A stretch of DNA of 64,000 nt. It comes from Octopus sinensis (Eukaryota). A model generated the notes under the pieces. The model did not search any database. It saw only the letters and a program-made list of their open reading frames with translations, and was not told where the DNA came from. Shown here piece after piece: positions 26,390 through 40,781 of this stretch (position 1 is its first letter; the number at the start of each line of letters is the position of its first letter). A program made the position numbers and the translations under genes. Location: NCBI RefSeq assembly GCF_006345805.1, contig NC_043003.1:86428001-86492000 (forward strand), read 5' to 3'.

Positions 26390-27560
26390 CCTTCCAGTAA
26401 GTCACCTTCATGATTGATATCTAGTATGGTAAAATTGTTCCGATAGATGATCCCCTTGCAAATGTGCCCTCGTATTTGTAGAAATATTTAACACTTTGGT
26501 ATGTTTCCCTAAAATAGAAGATTTCAAGCATGTTTTCAATTCATCCGCCTTTATTCCCTTGGGAATCACTGGCAAAGTTTACCTGAAATCTCTTGAAAGT
26601 ACTACTCTCATACCTTGCATAAACAATTAGCATTGCGTAAATCCTGCAGCATTCTGTTAACAGATTCTATTGATTTCTTATGGGACATTGTAGCTTCGCT
26701 CCATATGATCAAAGAACATTTTATGAGAACTTGAGTTAAAGAGCAGACAGGTTCATCATTTGAAGTTATATTGAATGCTGTGTAAGCTGTTCGACTCCCT
26801 GGGAATAAAGTCGCAGCAATTCCAGAGCTCGCTACAGCTAAGGCTATTTCTTTTCCTGTCGGACTTTGGCTAGCAATGAATTTGTAACAAAAATTTTTCC
26901 AGTTCCTACTGGCGCGTCTAAAAAATATAATCCTCCTCTTTTATGTGTCACCTGGTCGATGATTGTTGTATATGCAAGTTGTTCGTCTGGCAAAAGTTTC
27001 GGAACAATTTCTTCAAGGAATCTTGTTAATGAGTCAATATCATATGAAGTTCCTCGCAAAACGTCTATGATCACATTATTCACCTCATTTCGATGAGTTT
27101 CAGGTAAGCCAAACTTGCTGAGCTCCTCCCCTCCCTTTGAGACAACTCGATCTTCAATATCAACCAATGCAGAATGATATGTCATCGTTGAATGCTAATT
27201 CCCTCTCAGGGAATCTTAATTGTACTAGATATTTGTAGTCTTCTGATAAATCCTTCTTAAATTTGTGCCACAATGCTAATGGATTACTTACTTCACAATT
27301 CAGGAGAATAATTGCAAAACGATTTCTCAAAGAAATAGATGTGCATGAGACAGAAGCCTCAGCCATTGTACCGATTGTCATCTTCTTACAAATTCAAGGC
27401 TAAACAGGCTTCTCTATTAATCGTTCTTAGGAAGGAGAAGGAAGTAGGACATCTTGTTTCATGAAGAAGCAGCCTCAAAAACAAACATGCAGTGACTCGG
27501 TTGCACAGTAAACTCTTCCGATTGTCGAGTCAAATAATTTTATACTGGGATGACCCTCAA
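26390..27560 (-). pseudogene. Helitron RepHel (PIF1-like helicase) fragment, degenerate
   Basis: LRLLLHETRCPTSF..REACLAL, MAEASVS..LRNRFAIILLNCEVSNPLALW, Walker A YFLDAPVGTGKIF, then IALAVASSGIAATLFPGSRTA on the minus strand. Confidence 0.88.
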
Positions 27561-28170
27561 CACCAGGTCCTCTCTTTCTTATATCAATATAAAGTAATAG
27601 AGGTTATTACAGTTACACACTCACATACACACATGCACACACACACACGCACACATACATAACGGCACATGCTATTATGTATTTTGTTATATTACACATA
27701 TGTGATACCTACAGAAGAGTGCCCCAACGAATTTGTTTCTTCCTATGTTTAGGGAAAATGGGTATTTTCAAATGAAATATGTACAAATATGCTGAAGTGA
27801 GGTAGGAAAATGTCACCTGATCTCGTGAATTCTGATGTGGAATACGTGAAACAAGGGGAAAATGTTGGAGTGAAATCTAAGTTATAGTTTCTATTCTAAA
27901 GGTAGGCACAGAATAAAACGAAACTGATCTTCTACGGTTTATATTGTGAAGGTGCGCAGTGAAAAAAAAAGAAAACTGATCTTCTACAGATATAAATATA
28001 GGACGGATGTAAAATAACACTTATTAGGTAATACTTAAAGCAATACGAAGTACTGGAGCTTAGTAATGTCATACACCCTCCCCACACGTTATTATCTGTG
28101 TCATTATATTGCACATATTGCATACCTACAGAAAAGTACCCCACCATATTCTGAAATAAAATGAATATAA

Positions 28171-28770
28171 TCTCTTATTATAAAAGGCAGATTTTATCTG
28201 CCTCCCTTTGTCACTTATAGAAATCTACAATATAGGATTTCTTCAATTACAATTTACCTAGCATTTTTAAGAGTAGAATGCATCGGGTCATGCCAGGTCC
28301 AGTTTCTCTTATTATAAAAGGCAGATTTTATCTGCCTCCCTTTGTCACTTATAGAAATCTACAATATAGGATTTCTTCAATTACAATTTACCTAGCATTT
28401 TTAAGAGTAGAATGCATCGGGTCATGCCAGGTCCAGTTTTTAAAATTTAAACTCCAATTAAGCAAAATTTACAGAAAGCCCACATTCTGGTGTGTATGTC
28501 AAATGCTTTTCTTAGTCTGGTTTACAGCACACGCAAACGCACACACACAGTGTGCAACGAATAAAGTGAAACTAATTCACTGTGTGTTTGTTGACAGGTA
28601 GACAATAGAATGCGATGGCGATGGCGATGGCGATGTAATATTTGTTTCTGTCTATCACGCTGATAGATACATGAGTAAAATGTATGGCAAGCTAAGAGAT
28701 AAGAGTGAGTGAAAATGTTCTTGGAAGAGAGTAAATAGCGACAGAGTGATTTGAGGAAGACTAAACTGAA
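28171..28770 (+). mobile_element. Probable non-autonomous Helitron 5' region with a 134-bp tandem duplication (28171-28304 / 28305-28438)
   Basis: Starts TCTCTTATTATAAAAGGCAG; exact duplication directly visible; Helitron call rests on the TC start and composition only. Confidence 0.5.
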
Positions 28771-29193
28771 AGTATGAAACAGTGTTTATGTATAAACAGA
28801 CGACACTTATATATAGTTATTAATAAATGTATGCATCCGTTTAACCCTTTCGTTACCAAACCGCCCGAATTTACCTATTCATATTTAAATGAGAATATCA
28901 GAGTAAATCTCTTTAGTACATTCGTGAAAACACGTATTATACTTCGTAAACACTTCAAATACAGTTTTGTACAAAAATCGAAGTGTAATTTTAATTCCGT
29001 GAATTATGGGAGATTTTTTTCCGAAATTTGTTCGTATTGTGTTTTCAAAATTTGTTCGTATTGTGTTTTCAAAATTTGTAATTCTGACAAAAAATGGATA
29101 CGAATTTCATTATATCAAGCAGCGAGTCAGAATTCGAAGGATTTTCTACTGAAGACCTTCATAAATCTAACTCTATGACTGAAAAAAAAGGCA

Positions 29194-29588
29194 TCTTTAT
29201 ATAAGAGTGAAGTTGTGTCTGTCTCCTACGATTTAGATTCGTAACTACTCCCACATTTTGCGGTGCAGTTTAACCAAAAGCGGGTATCTTATAGTCGTGA
29301 TTCATATCGAGCCCTTCTGGGTATTAGCGCGCGTCTACGATGAGTCTACGATTTAAAAAAAATTTACCATCATATTTTTCCATTTTAATGCATTTTTTCG
29401 CTTTTATATAAGGGAAGTAACTCTCTAAAAATATCTACGATGTGTCAACGATTTAAAAAAATAATTTACCTTAATTTTTTTTCAATTTTTAATGCATTTT
29501 TTTTGCTATTTTTTGGCTATAACTCTCTAAAAATGCTTATATAGTTATTTCCCTTACAAACCCGAGCAACGCCGGGCGATACTGCTAG
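29194..29588 (+). mobile_element. Complete non-autonomous Helitron
   Basis: 5' TC, subterminal hairpin CCCGAGCAACGCCGGG (29561-29576), 3' CTAG, inserted between A and T. Confidence 0.85.
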
Positions 29589-30521
29589 TAATCATATAAA
29601 AATTATGTCCCTTAGGCAGGTTATTTAATTTTCATTTGTTAGTGGTACGTTAATCCTCTAAAAATTAATTCCCTTAGACCCTTCATTTATTTTTGGAACG
29701 CGATTTTGTACATGAAAAAGGAGGTTCGGAGGTTCCATTGTCTTCGTCGTGAAATTTTACTAAAAGAATTAGCTTTTAGTTTTAATATCGACGCTGTAGT
29801 TTTTCTTCCTATAGGCACACAGACACACACACACACAATCACATCCATGTTCATTATAGACGTGTGGGGGGGGGGTAGGTGTGTGTGTAAGTCTGTTCAT
29901 ATATATGTACATATGCATGTATATGTACACAAACATGCACACATACATACACAGACGTATATATATATATAACTAATTTAGAGACGAACCACCATTCCAC
30001 AACTCAGTCAATGAAGAACTCGTCCAAAACCATGGTGTGAGACATATACCATGCAAAATACTAATCTAAAATTTTAATCATGAACAGTAAGATCATTACA
30101 ATTATATAAAATATAAGAGCAAATACTTTTTAAATCACTGCGAATACCATACAAAGAAACATTCATCAGAAAAATATTAATCTAAAATCAAATAAAGTAT
30201 AAATTGAATAATAAAAATTAATGAAATAATATTATGTATAAAAGTAAGTACTTGTACGTCGACCACGCGCGTTTCATGGCTGAATTAGGACTATATAAAA
30301 GCATATAATAAAACCATGTCCAAGTTCATTAGAACGGGAAAAGGATTTTACTCCCAAAAGCAGTCACTCCTCAGGTCAAATATAACAAGGCAGCCAACAG
30401 TAAAAATCAGTAGTGAGACATCTTTATCGATGTACCTGATGAGACCCAGACTGAATCCATCACCTGTTAATTAACATTATATACATACATACATACATAC
30501 ATACATACATACATACATACA

Positions 30522-30552
<31 letters not shown>

Positions 30553-31599
30553 TTGTAGACTGATAGGTAATTCAAGACATATATTCATGTTTTGTTTATT
30601 TCAGATTTTTCAATCTCAACTGTTTGAATATTTTCTATTTAGGGCAGAATAACAATGAGAGGATGTTTCTGTAGTAGTTAGAATTTATGTAAAAGGGAGA
30701 AAAAAAATGAAGAACAAATATATGTTGAATATGTGATTTATAATGCGATACATATAAAAATTTCCGTTTTATTTTCTGTATGTGATTTTATACGAATTTG
30801 AAATTTGTTATTCTTCTTTGAAAATAAAATGTTAGATTCATTGTGTTATTTTTAATTGATATATAATTGTATTAATTATTGTTATATATGATTTAACAAA
30901 ATGCATCATTGTTGAAGTTAGATTCCACCTGTATCGAACAGTTGCTGATATGAACGTGTGACGTAATTAACGTTGTATTAAAATAAATCTTTAATGTATA
31001 TCCTACTGCTAAGAAAATTAAATTATCTATTTTTTACTAAAATTTTATATGAAACAAGAAGAAACCTTAATCTATATCTCTAAGCAATAATTTACATTTT
31101 ACATGCTACAAATGAGGTTTATATGAACTAATTAAATATATTATTATATATAAATGATATTAAAATATAAATTTATATACATATTATACTTATATAAATG
31201 TACGCACGTACGCATACATACATACATTTATGTAAAACCTGTGTGTGTATGTGAGAGAGAGAGAAAGTGAGTGAGTGTAACAAGCTGAAACCTACGCTTA
31301 GAATGTGCAAATGTTTTAGCTGTATATATTACAAACGTTACATTTTACTTTCAAATGTAAGTAACATATCGTAGATATTATAAGACAGAATAATATTTTG
31401 AAATGCATCTCCTTTAAATTTCACACAAAATATGTCACCAACATTGTATTATGTATTTAAATACAATCTTCTCTCGTCACGGAATTCATATTCAAAACGC
31501 TTTCTTTTGTGTCAACTCCAGGTTTTTCATTATTTTTCGGATACAATAGCCCCCCCGCCCTTCAACTTGCAAGTATCTTCTTCTGTCAGCTTTATAAGT

Positions 31600-31743
31600 C
31601 GTGGCAGTGTGGCAAGAAGTTTGCATTGTTCCGGGTTCAGTTCCACTACATGGTACCTTGGGCAAGTGTCTTTTACTATACCCTCGGGCCGACCAAACCT
31701 TTGTGAGTGCATTTGGTTGACGGAAATTGAAAGAAGCTCGTTG

Positions 31744-31829
<86 letters not shown>

Positions 31830-32040
31830 ACTGAGCGTGTCTCTGTGTCTGTCCTCCTCCACTTCTTGACAACCGGTGTTGGTTTATTTACGTCCACATA
31901 ACTTAGCGATTCGGTGAAAGATATCGATAGAATAAGTATCAGGGCTCAAAAACAGTATTGGGGTCTATTCTTTGAGCTAATTTTTAAAATAGTCCTTTAA
32001 GTCGGTGCTTCAACATGGTCGCAATCACATGATTGAAACA
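31600..32040 (+). mobile_element. SINE family A, diverged
   Basis: GTTCCGGGTTCAGTTCCACT..CCTTGGGCAAGTGTC..GACGGAAATTGAAAGAAGC. Confidence 0.8.
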
Positions 32041-32484
32041 TATTTATCTCCCATAAATATATGGTAATTAGTTTTGTAAACTATCAATCAAAGGAAAGCA
32101 CATACATATACGTGTATGTATGTATGTATGTATGTATGTATGTATGTATGTATGTATGTATGTATGTATGTATGTATGTATGTATGTACGAGTATGAGTG
32201 TATTTGCATTATGTATGTAAATACATAAGTAGATATAAATAAGACACCTGTACGCTTCAGGTATAATGGTAAGTGACAAAGCTACACGTACTGAATCTAG
32301 GTTCCATGCACCCTACGGGCTTCTTAACGTGTCCTGTATACTTAATTTCTCTTACAAGGTCTGGGTCAAGCTAACGCTACAGAAAATTACGTTCATCCAT
32401 ACCTCGCAGCGGGAACGAAACCAGGATCAAGTGATTCGATTCTATTGCGAAATTCAGACCCATTCTGTTATGTTGCAGCTACAA

Positions 32485-32526
<42 letters not shown>

Positions 32527-33530
32527 GGTATGCACACACGTATATTTATACACACATACGTACCCACATACATGTATACATATAGTAACGAAAACACTGA
32601 TTTACGAAAATGGCATGAACAGTAACTAATTAAATACGAATTCAAGGTTTATCCACTAACAAGTATGCACAAATACTCACACTATACTTAGAATTGAATA
32701 CTGTGATAAGAAACCTACGCTTGTGCTCTATCAGTCAGCATGCTAAGAGTAAACATGATGTCACACTGATATAACTGGAATAGAAATCATTTCGATACAT
32801 TCATATGACGCATCTTTACGATAGATACTGTAGATTAAACTATTAAATGAATGGAACCAATCACACAATAAAAATTATTATTGTTCAATTTTTGCGATCA
32901 CTGCAGTTACACACAAAAAGAAAGAATGAAAAAGACTACATGGTATATCCTTTCTACTATTGGCACAAGACCTGAAATTTTAGTGGAGGCGGGACTTGTC
33001 GGTACCATCTACTCCAGTTTGTAACTGGTACTCTATTTTATTGACCCCAAAGGATAAAAGGCAAAGCTGACCTCGGCGGCATTGGAACCTTGAACGTAAA
33101 GACATTTGAAATGCCGCTAACGTTCCTGCATACTCGCTGGGTTTAAAGGCTACAAGATATATAACATCATTTATTGATTCACGTGTATGGGTGGCATTTG
33201 AACTCAGAACGTAGGGCCAGAAGAAATTCCGCTAAGCATTTGTCCGGTGTGCTAACGCTGCAAGATAAGGGACAGACAAACCTGAAACAGACCAGGAGTA
33301 GTGAAGGTTTATCAATGATGAATTCACGGATGGCAACGAAATGATTTGAACAAACCTAAATTATTGATTAACTGAATGAACGATTAATCAAATAATGTTA
33401 GTCGATAGGTTAAATAATTAACTAATTGACAAGTATATAATGATGAAATCAATTATAACTACTGCGCAAGATACAATATATATACACACACACACATATA
33501 TATTGCAATATATATGCATATATATATATG

Positions 33531-33563
<33 letters not shown>

Positions 33564-33741
33564 TATAGGCCTGCTCGCTTAGCCAGCGGGGTGTCATCAT
33601 TTGAAGGCTAAAACAATGCGAAGCTCATTGTGACCAGCGATGTGTAGCAACATCTGATAGTCTAGTCGGTCACGTGTTCACGTGATATATATATAGAGAG
33701 AGAGACATGCAAATATATATATATATATATATATATATAAG

Positions 33742-33774
<33 letters not shown>

Positions 33775-34071
33775 ATATGTATATGTAAAGATATATATAT
33801 ATATATATTATAAAGAAAACTTTGGCTTTGATTTCAAGCTTTCGTCTTCCTTGTCGTTATCTGACTGCTTCGGGCACGAATGCAGGTAAGAATTAATAAA
33901 TATCTATCCTATAAAAATTATTGCGTAACCCTTCTGTTTAATGGTTTAATGTTAAATCGATTTTATATAATAACTAACATAAAATCAGATATAGACAAAC
34001 ACACACAAGCACACATGCATTTGTATGTATACACACACACACAAATGATAATATTTGTGTGTGTGTGTGTA

Positions 34072-34481
34072 GGAGTGGCTGTGTGGTAAGTAGCTTGCTA
34101 ACCAACCACATGGTTCCGGGTTCAGTCCCACTGCGTGGCATCTTGGGCAAGTGTCTTCTGCTATAGCCCCGGGCCGACCAATGCCTTGTGAGTGCATTTG
34201 GTAGACGGAAACTGAAAGAAGCCTGTCGTATATATGTATATATATATATGTATGTGTGTGTATGTGTTTGTGTGTCTGTGTTTGTCCCCCTAACATTGCT
34301 TGACAACCGATGCTGGCTGGTATATTTACGTCCCCGTCACTTAGCGGTTCGGCAAAAGAGACCGATAGAATAAGTACTGGGCTTACAAAGAATAAGTCCC
34401 GGGGTCGATTTGCTCGACTAAAGGCGGTGCTCCAGCATGGCCGCAGTCAAATGACTGAAACAAGTAAAAGAGTAAAAAGAG
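34072..34481 (+). mobile_element. SINE family A, near-consensus full length
   Basis: A-box-like TGGCTGTGTGG, B-box-like GGTTCAGTCCC, internal microsatellite, tail (AAAAGAGT)n. Confidence 0.92.
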
Positions 34482-34719
34482 TATATATATATATATAAAC
34501 ATAAGTATGCATGTTCATATAGTAAATTGTCACCATCTTATATTCTTAATTTTGCGCCTGTGTATTGTTTATTCTTGGTTTTGTCGACTACGCAGTACAA
34601 TAGGGTCAGTTGGGTAGCGTCTGTGAGAAAAACAGTATAAAGTCGCGATCCACTCTCCCAGAAATTTGGAAACGACATGCTGCACTGCTTAGCATTCGCG
34701 CCCGAAGTACTTATACTAA

Positions 34720-35406
34720 CATTTCAGAGTGTTTGGGTGTCAATTTGTGGACAGTGCAATCTGAGAACATATATCGGGAGTGATGAAAATCAAACATCCA
34801 GTCAACATTAAGGTGTTTGGAGTGAGCGCTAGTGATAGCAATGTTATGCTTCCATTCGTCTTCCCACACAGCCTCAACTCAACACGGAGGCCTACATCAA
34901 GTGCCTGGAACACTCTGTGTCTGGCAACAGGACTCTGCACCATGCCACAGAAGCTGGAACACTCTGTGTCTGGCAACAGGACTCTCACCATGCCACAGAA
35001 GCTGGAGAACCCAGTCATGGCTGTCAGACAATTTCTGCGATCACATAACCTCTAACATCTGGCAACCTAATTCCCCTGAATGCAATCACCTTGAATATCA
35101 TATGTGGGGCGCAGTTGAGCGAGAGACCAACACAATTCCTTGTAACAACAAAGATGGACTGAAGGCAAGGTTTATGTCAGCATTCACCATCTTAAACAAG
35201 GAGACCGTCCAGAAGAGTTGCAAGAGATTCCGAAGTTGTCTGGAGGCCACGGCTTAAGCCAACGGCGATTTTATTGAATAAATTTACTCTTTAATTTTTC
35301 AAGATATTTCTATGTGATTTTGGTAGATATATCTGTTAAAATAAGATGTCCGTGTTATTTTCATTTTCGCGTACTTTAGACGACTGTTTATTCACCTCAC
35401 CCTGTA
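34720..35406 (+). mobile_element. Tc1/mariner-superfamily transposon 3' half, degenerate
   Basis: WQQDSAPCH..WLSDNFCDHIT..IWQPNSPECNHLEYHMWGAVERETN..FRSCLEA; ends CACCTCACCCTG-TA; internal 49-bp tandem duplication (~34907-35003). Confidence 0.85.
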
Positions 35407-35489
35407 TGTTTGCATGTATATATCTATATCTATCTATCTCTATATGCACACACATAAAACACACACACACACCACACACACACACATTA

Positions 35490-35527
<38 letters not shown>

Positions 35528-36083
35528 GTATACGATAGTAGGTAAAATTAATATACAAGAAATAAACGAGAGATCCTCTACTCTTGGCTTCCTAGAAATT
35601 CTACCGAAACCGGCGCATCATACCACATATTACCCTCTTATCAACAGGATGTTCTCCACGATCATTGTTTCAGAAAAATTGATGACGTGTTCCTGGCTAG
35701 ATTATCTTTGATCATAGTTTCTTTGATCTGGGCGAACTTAGAAGAAAAAATAACAACAACGAATGCCAAGAGAGATGATTAGAATTTCTGTTATTGATCT
35801 TTATTGATCTCTTAACTGATTTTTAACTCTTTACCAATAAGCACATGAAGAAACACATCCGTTTTCGCACATTATTTCACATACATACATACATACATAC
35901 ATACATACATACATACATACATGCATACATACATACATACATACATACATACATACATACATACATACATGCATACATACATCATACATAAATACATACA
36001 TATATACATACATACATACTTACAGATATATAAATATATATCTGTGTATGTGCGTGCGTGTGCGTGTGAGTATGCGTGCGTAC

Positions 36084-36121
<38 letters not shown>

Positions 36122-36759
36122 ATATGTTTGTCTATGTATTCATATACGTGTGCAAAAGCGTATAAATATAAACACTATTTAAACAGGATTAGCAGTCATG
36201 TATATGCATCGGCATGCGCCGAAGTGAATCCTTAGAAGCGAAGGAAACTTGTAGGAGATTAAATTTAGAAGCCAATATTAAATACTTGTATTAGAGTATT
36301 TACACACCCAAACGCGCATGCGCGCACACACGCACACGCGCGCACATGTACGCTCAAGCACAGTCAACGCACTAAGAACAGAATGCTCTCCTTATAGACA
36401 ACTAAGGAAGTGTGAAATCTCGCGAATACTTTACTCATAAACTGTTGAACGTGTGAAAGGAAGTAGCTGAAAGTCATATATATATATGATGTCTACCTGG
36501 ACCTCCTCCACCCAATCACTAAGAAGCTGATTTCTACAAGTTTTAATATTTAGTACTTTTAGTGTTTGACTGTCGAACTGAAGAATTTTGTGAGAAGGAA
36601 GAGTTCCCATAGTAACTCATGCAATAATATCTCTTACAAGATTTTAAAGCACAGCCCTACTCTTCTCTATGCTTGGTGAGTCTCTTTCAGGGAGAGAGGA
36701 AAGGAACTTACAGAGAATTCAAATAAAAGACGGAATTAATCATTTACCAGTTTTGAGGA

Positions 36760-37269
36760 CTATTTATGGTTGGGAAACATGGCCTATGAGGGTAGTCGAT
36801 CAGCGGAGGCTGGAGGTGTTCGACAATGACTGTCTCCGCCGCATTATTCGCTGCCGACGCATTGATCGGGTTCCTACAGCCGGTCTTCGTAGCCGACTGA
36901 ATCTCCGGCCTCTCCCTTCGGTGCTTCTACAACAGCGCTTAAGGCGGTTCGATCATGCGGCCCGGTGTCCAGAGGGTGAGCTAATTTGTCACGATGTCCT
37001 CTTCCCACCTCCACTTCTCAGCTGGCGCAAACGCAGGGGCGGGCAGCTGAAGACCCGGGCAACGACGATAAAGGATGACCTCTCCGAACTCTCAGGTCCG
37101 CAGGTGGTCGGTCTGCGCATATGGAACTGCGAATGGCTTGCTATCTCCATTGACCTCGCACAGGACCGTTGAGGGTGGGCCGCCATGGTTCGTGGTGCCG
37201 TTAGGAACAGAGAAGAAGCCGGCTCAACCAGCTCTGGGTGAACGCCGTCTCAAGTACAAGTACAAGTAT
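36760..37269 (+). mobile_element. RTE-clade LINE 3' end with (CAAGTA)n tail
   Basis: YGWETWPMRVVDQRRLEVFDNDCLRRI..RLRRFDHAAR..WRKRRGGQLKT..DLAQDR; tail CAAGTACAAGTACAAGTA. Confidence 0.85.
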
Positions 37270-37355
37270 TTCCATGAAGAAAATAAAATTTTATGAAATA
37301 CAGTATATGTGTGTATGTGCGTGTGTTTGTATGTATATATGTTATGTATATGCAA

Positions 37356-37656
37356 GGACGCGTGGCCTAGTGGTTAGGGTTTTGCATTCACGAGCGTGAG
37401 ATCGAGGTTTCAGTTCCTAGACCATGTAGTTTGTTGTGTTCTTGAGCATAACACTTCATCACACGTTGCTCTACGATCACTTCCATACCTGACGCGTGGT
37501 ATGCCCTGCATCCGTTCAAGCAACGTCGATTTAATAGAGGAATAGAGCTAATGTACAGCACATACATTTAACCGCTACAAACATGTCATCTGCGCAAGTC
37601 GTTCGGCAAAAGCTGGATGCACGTCATCTTCGACGGGAAAGTTCACCAGATAGAGA
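37356..37656 (+). mobile_element. tRNA-derived SINE family E; related copies ~24810-24960 and 57255-57500 (-)
   Basis: GGACGCGTGGCCTAGTGGTTAGGG..GGTTTCAGTTCC..GTGTTCTTGAGCA.AACACTTCAT. Confidence 0.7.
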
Positions 37657-37684
37657 GTGAATATATATTATATATCGCCATGTT

Positions 37685-37900
37685 GATTCGTTAGCTACTG
37701 CACGCATTTTTTTTCTCTCCTTTTTTTTTCTCTCTCCTTCTTTCTGTGTTTTTCTCTCTCTGTGTATCTTTCTGTTGAAGAGCGTAGGCTCGAAACGTTA
37801 AAGACTTGTTTTATTTATATTTCCTGAGCGCCATACTATACAATTGTTCGTTTGTTTTCCACGTGCCTTCGTCTTTTGTTTATTTTCATAAAGCTTCCCG

Positions 37901-37943
<43 letters not shown>

Positions 37944-38120
37944 ATATATATATATATATGGGAGTGTTCACAAAAAAAGACAAAAGACGAAGACAGGTGA
38001 TGTACAAAATAAACAGATGTATTAGTACAATACTCAGGAATAGAAAGACTTTTACGTTTCAAGCATACGCTCTTCTACAGAAAGGGACACAGAAAAAGAC
38101 AAGGGGAGAGAAAAAAATAT
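37685..38120. mobile_element. Tail-to-tail pair of pLTR-like elements with HHR-like motifs (37768-37803 +, 38049-38084 -) around (TA)n
   Basis: CTTT CTGTTGA A GAGC GTAG GCTC GAAAC GTT AAAG and an inverted CTGTAGA version; third copy at 53158-53334. Confidence 0.7.
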
Positions 38121-38199
38121 ATATACATGTAATTACATGCATAACTGTGTACACACACATACACACACACACGCACACAAAGCTGAAGTATATAAATAT

Positions 38200-39020
38200 G
38201 TCTCACTAAATCCCGGTGCAAATTGTTATTGATTTAGACTTCATCTACATAGGCATCATTATTTGTTTGTTCCCCATTTTGATAACCTGCCACTCTGATC
38301 TGAATTTCGATTTTCTTATTATATTTACATGAAACATTATATATAGTTTTCTAGTGATTTTTTACATGATTCACCTTTAGTTCCAGTTGACACGTCAACG
38401 TTGTAGGCAAATCTTAGATTGGTTATAATTCCCTTGCGAATTTTCACTATGCCATTTTAATTCTTTAGGGTATCGAAGATTACTTCTTTAAGAAAATGAT
38501 TGAAAATCTTCGTGGTAATATGTAACCCCTGTCGAACTTCGACGTACTTTACAAACTACTGCTTCTTTCAAACAATTTATTCAGAACAAGACTGCGTTTT
38601 AGTTCAAAACTAATACATTCCCCTATTCTTTTCACCGATGTTCAGTTAGATACAATGAGTTTTGTGCCTCTTCTTAATACTCTACGATGCTTTTTTCCCC
38701 ATAAGCAAATAACGGCATTTTTTAATATCAATAAATATTGCTGTACATGCTTCCTTAGTGATCTCTAAATTCCTCAGCAATCATTCTCACATTGATTATC
38801 TGTAATTTAATGCTGCAACCTTGTTGGAATCGTACTGATTCTGGAGGGATTATCCGCTTTGCATATAGGTTTAGACCATTATTTCTAATGCAGTTTTAGA
38901 CAAAACTACTGTCTTATTACAATACGATCAAAAGCAACAAAATTATTTCCATGAAAGACAATCTAAAGCGAATGTGATCTATGACATCTGCAATTGTATT
39001 GTGTGAATGTGAGCCTTGGA
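38200..39020 (-). pseudogene. RTE-type reverse transcriptase fragment, heavily decayed
   Basis: Minus-strand remnants IINVRMIAEEF, IFIDIKK, VEVRQG..IFNHFLKEVI, ITNLRFAYNVD. Confidence 0.65.
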
Positions 39021-39089
39021 CATACTAAAACAAACTCAATGACATGAAATTGTCAGTATTCAAATCGAAATGAGGATTTTGCAGAATCC

Positions 39090-39800
39090 TTAGCATTGAA
39101 TGAAATGATTACTAAATAAGCTAGTTGGTCTTAGAACACTAAAATCGTCTTGTTTGAAAAGAGAGAAAGATATAACACTGAATAGCAAAATGTACTGGTT
39201 CGATTACATTAACGAGAATGATTGATAACTCTGAAACATAGCCATGTTTGCGAAAATGGAATGCAAAAGTAAATGAGGAGAAACAACGAGGAAATTGAGT
39301 CAATGAAAGAAACATGGAGTGGGCTAAAAAAAAAAGGGCATTCATCTCCTCAATTTCAGTTTTCCACAACCATTTAGCCTTCAGCGACTGCATGTACTCT
39401 GTTTCTATGCTGTTTATTTTAAGGCCTACTGCTGAATTCTGAGTGTCCAGTAATATCAGCATGGTTTGCAGCCAATATGAGATTGCTACAATAGATTGGA
39501 TGTCGTCTGTAAATCGGAGGAGGATTAGTAGGTCACCGTTGATACTGACGCAATCTTTCCAGTCAATACTATGACTCTGATGACAATTTCGACACATGAG
39601 GTGAGAAGCTTTGAAGAGACGGCGTCTCTTTATCACAAGCTCTTCCGGACAAGCATTCTTATGAGTTTTGAGAACAGAGCTACTATATCAGTGATACATC
39701 CCGAGTTTGCCTCCCAGAGAATATTGCACCTCGTTTCATTGTATCGCCAGAGACTTCAGTACTGCATTCATCTCGACGCTATCAAAGATTTTTTCTTTAA
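39090..39800 (-). pseudogene. RTE-type reverse transcriptase fragment, decayed
   Basis: VSINGDLLILLRFTDDI..AVGLKINSIETEYM (xADD-region homologue). Confidence 0.7.
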
Positions 39801-39958
39801 TAAATGAATAGAGTGGAAGGCTTTTACTTCGATTAAAGATGTGTTTAATAAATACACAGGTGGACAAAACATGCAAACCAATACATATATACATACACAA
39901 AGACATATATAAAAACTACATAAAGAATATATATATATACATGTATAATATATAAACA

Positions 39959-40011
<53 letters not shown>

Positions 40012-40204
40012 GGCAACTTAATATAGAATGATTTTCGTCATTTCTTTCTCTTTTACCTGCGTGGTTTGTTCTTGAGTGCTTTGGTTTTACTGGGATCTCC
40101 CTTTAAAGTAAAGGAATAGCTAAGACTTTTTGACTGCTATTTCTAAATTCGGTGTGTGGCGATGCAAATCGTTGCTGTACCCTAATTATTTCGTATATAC
40201 ATAC

Positions 40205-40235
<31 letters not shown>

Positions 40236-40781
40236 ATGCATACATATAATGTATATTCACACACACACTTATATATATAAACACATACATACATACAAAT
40301 TTCTTTTAAATATATAATGTACATTAATACTCATAGGAGATATTAATGTTAGTGGCCGCAACCTAAAACAGTATAGGCAAAATTAATAGATATATATAAA
40401 AGAATTCTCTATAAGAAGGGAGCTTATTTTTAAAAGCAAACGGCTTTGCTAAAGATAGGAGAGAAAACACTTCGAAGCCACAAAAATTAACACGAATGTC
40501 AGTTACTTTGATATCATGATTTCGAATTTAGCACGAAAACACGCTTGATTCTCCTCAGCCAAGTCTACTAGTAGCACACTCTTATATATCATTTCAACCA
40601 TTGCCTGTGTTATTTTAAATATATAGATAACATTAATATTCATGAGAGATGTTAATGTTAGTGGTTGTTAGCTTAAAAACCGTATAGGTAAAATTAACAG
40701 GTATATATAAAAGAATTACATATAACGGGGGCGCTTTTTAAAAAAATTCACCAGCTTTGCTAAAAACCAAGCCTGTGAAAA

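Noticed and set aside
30260-30460. GAAACGCGCGT (minus) and CTGATGAGAC (plus) half-motifs
   Set aside because: They lie on opposite strands and cannot be assembled into one ribozyme.
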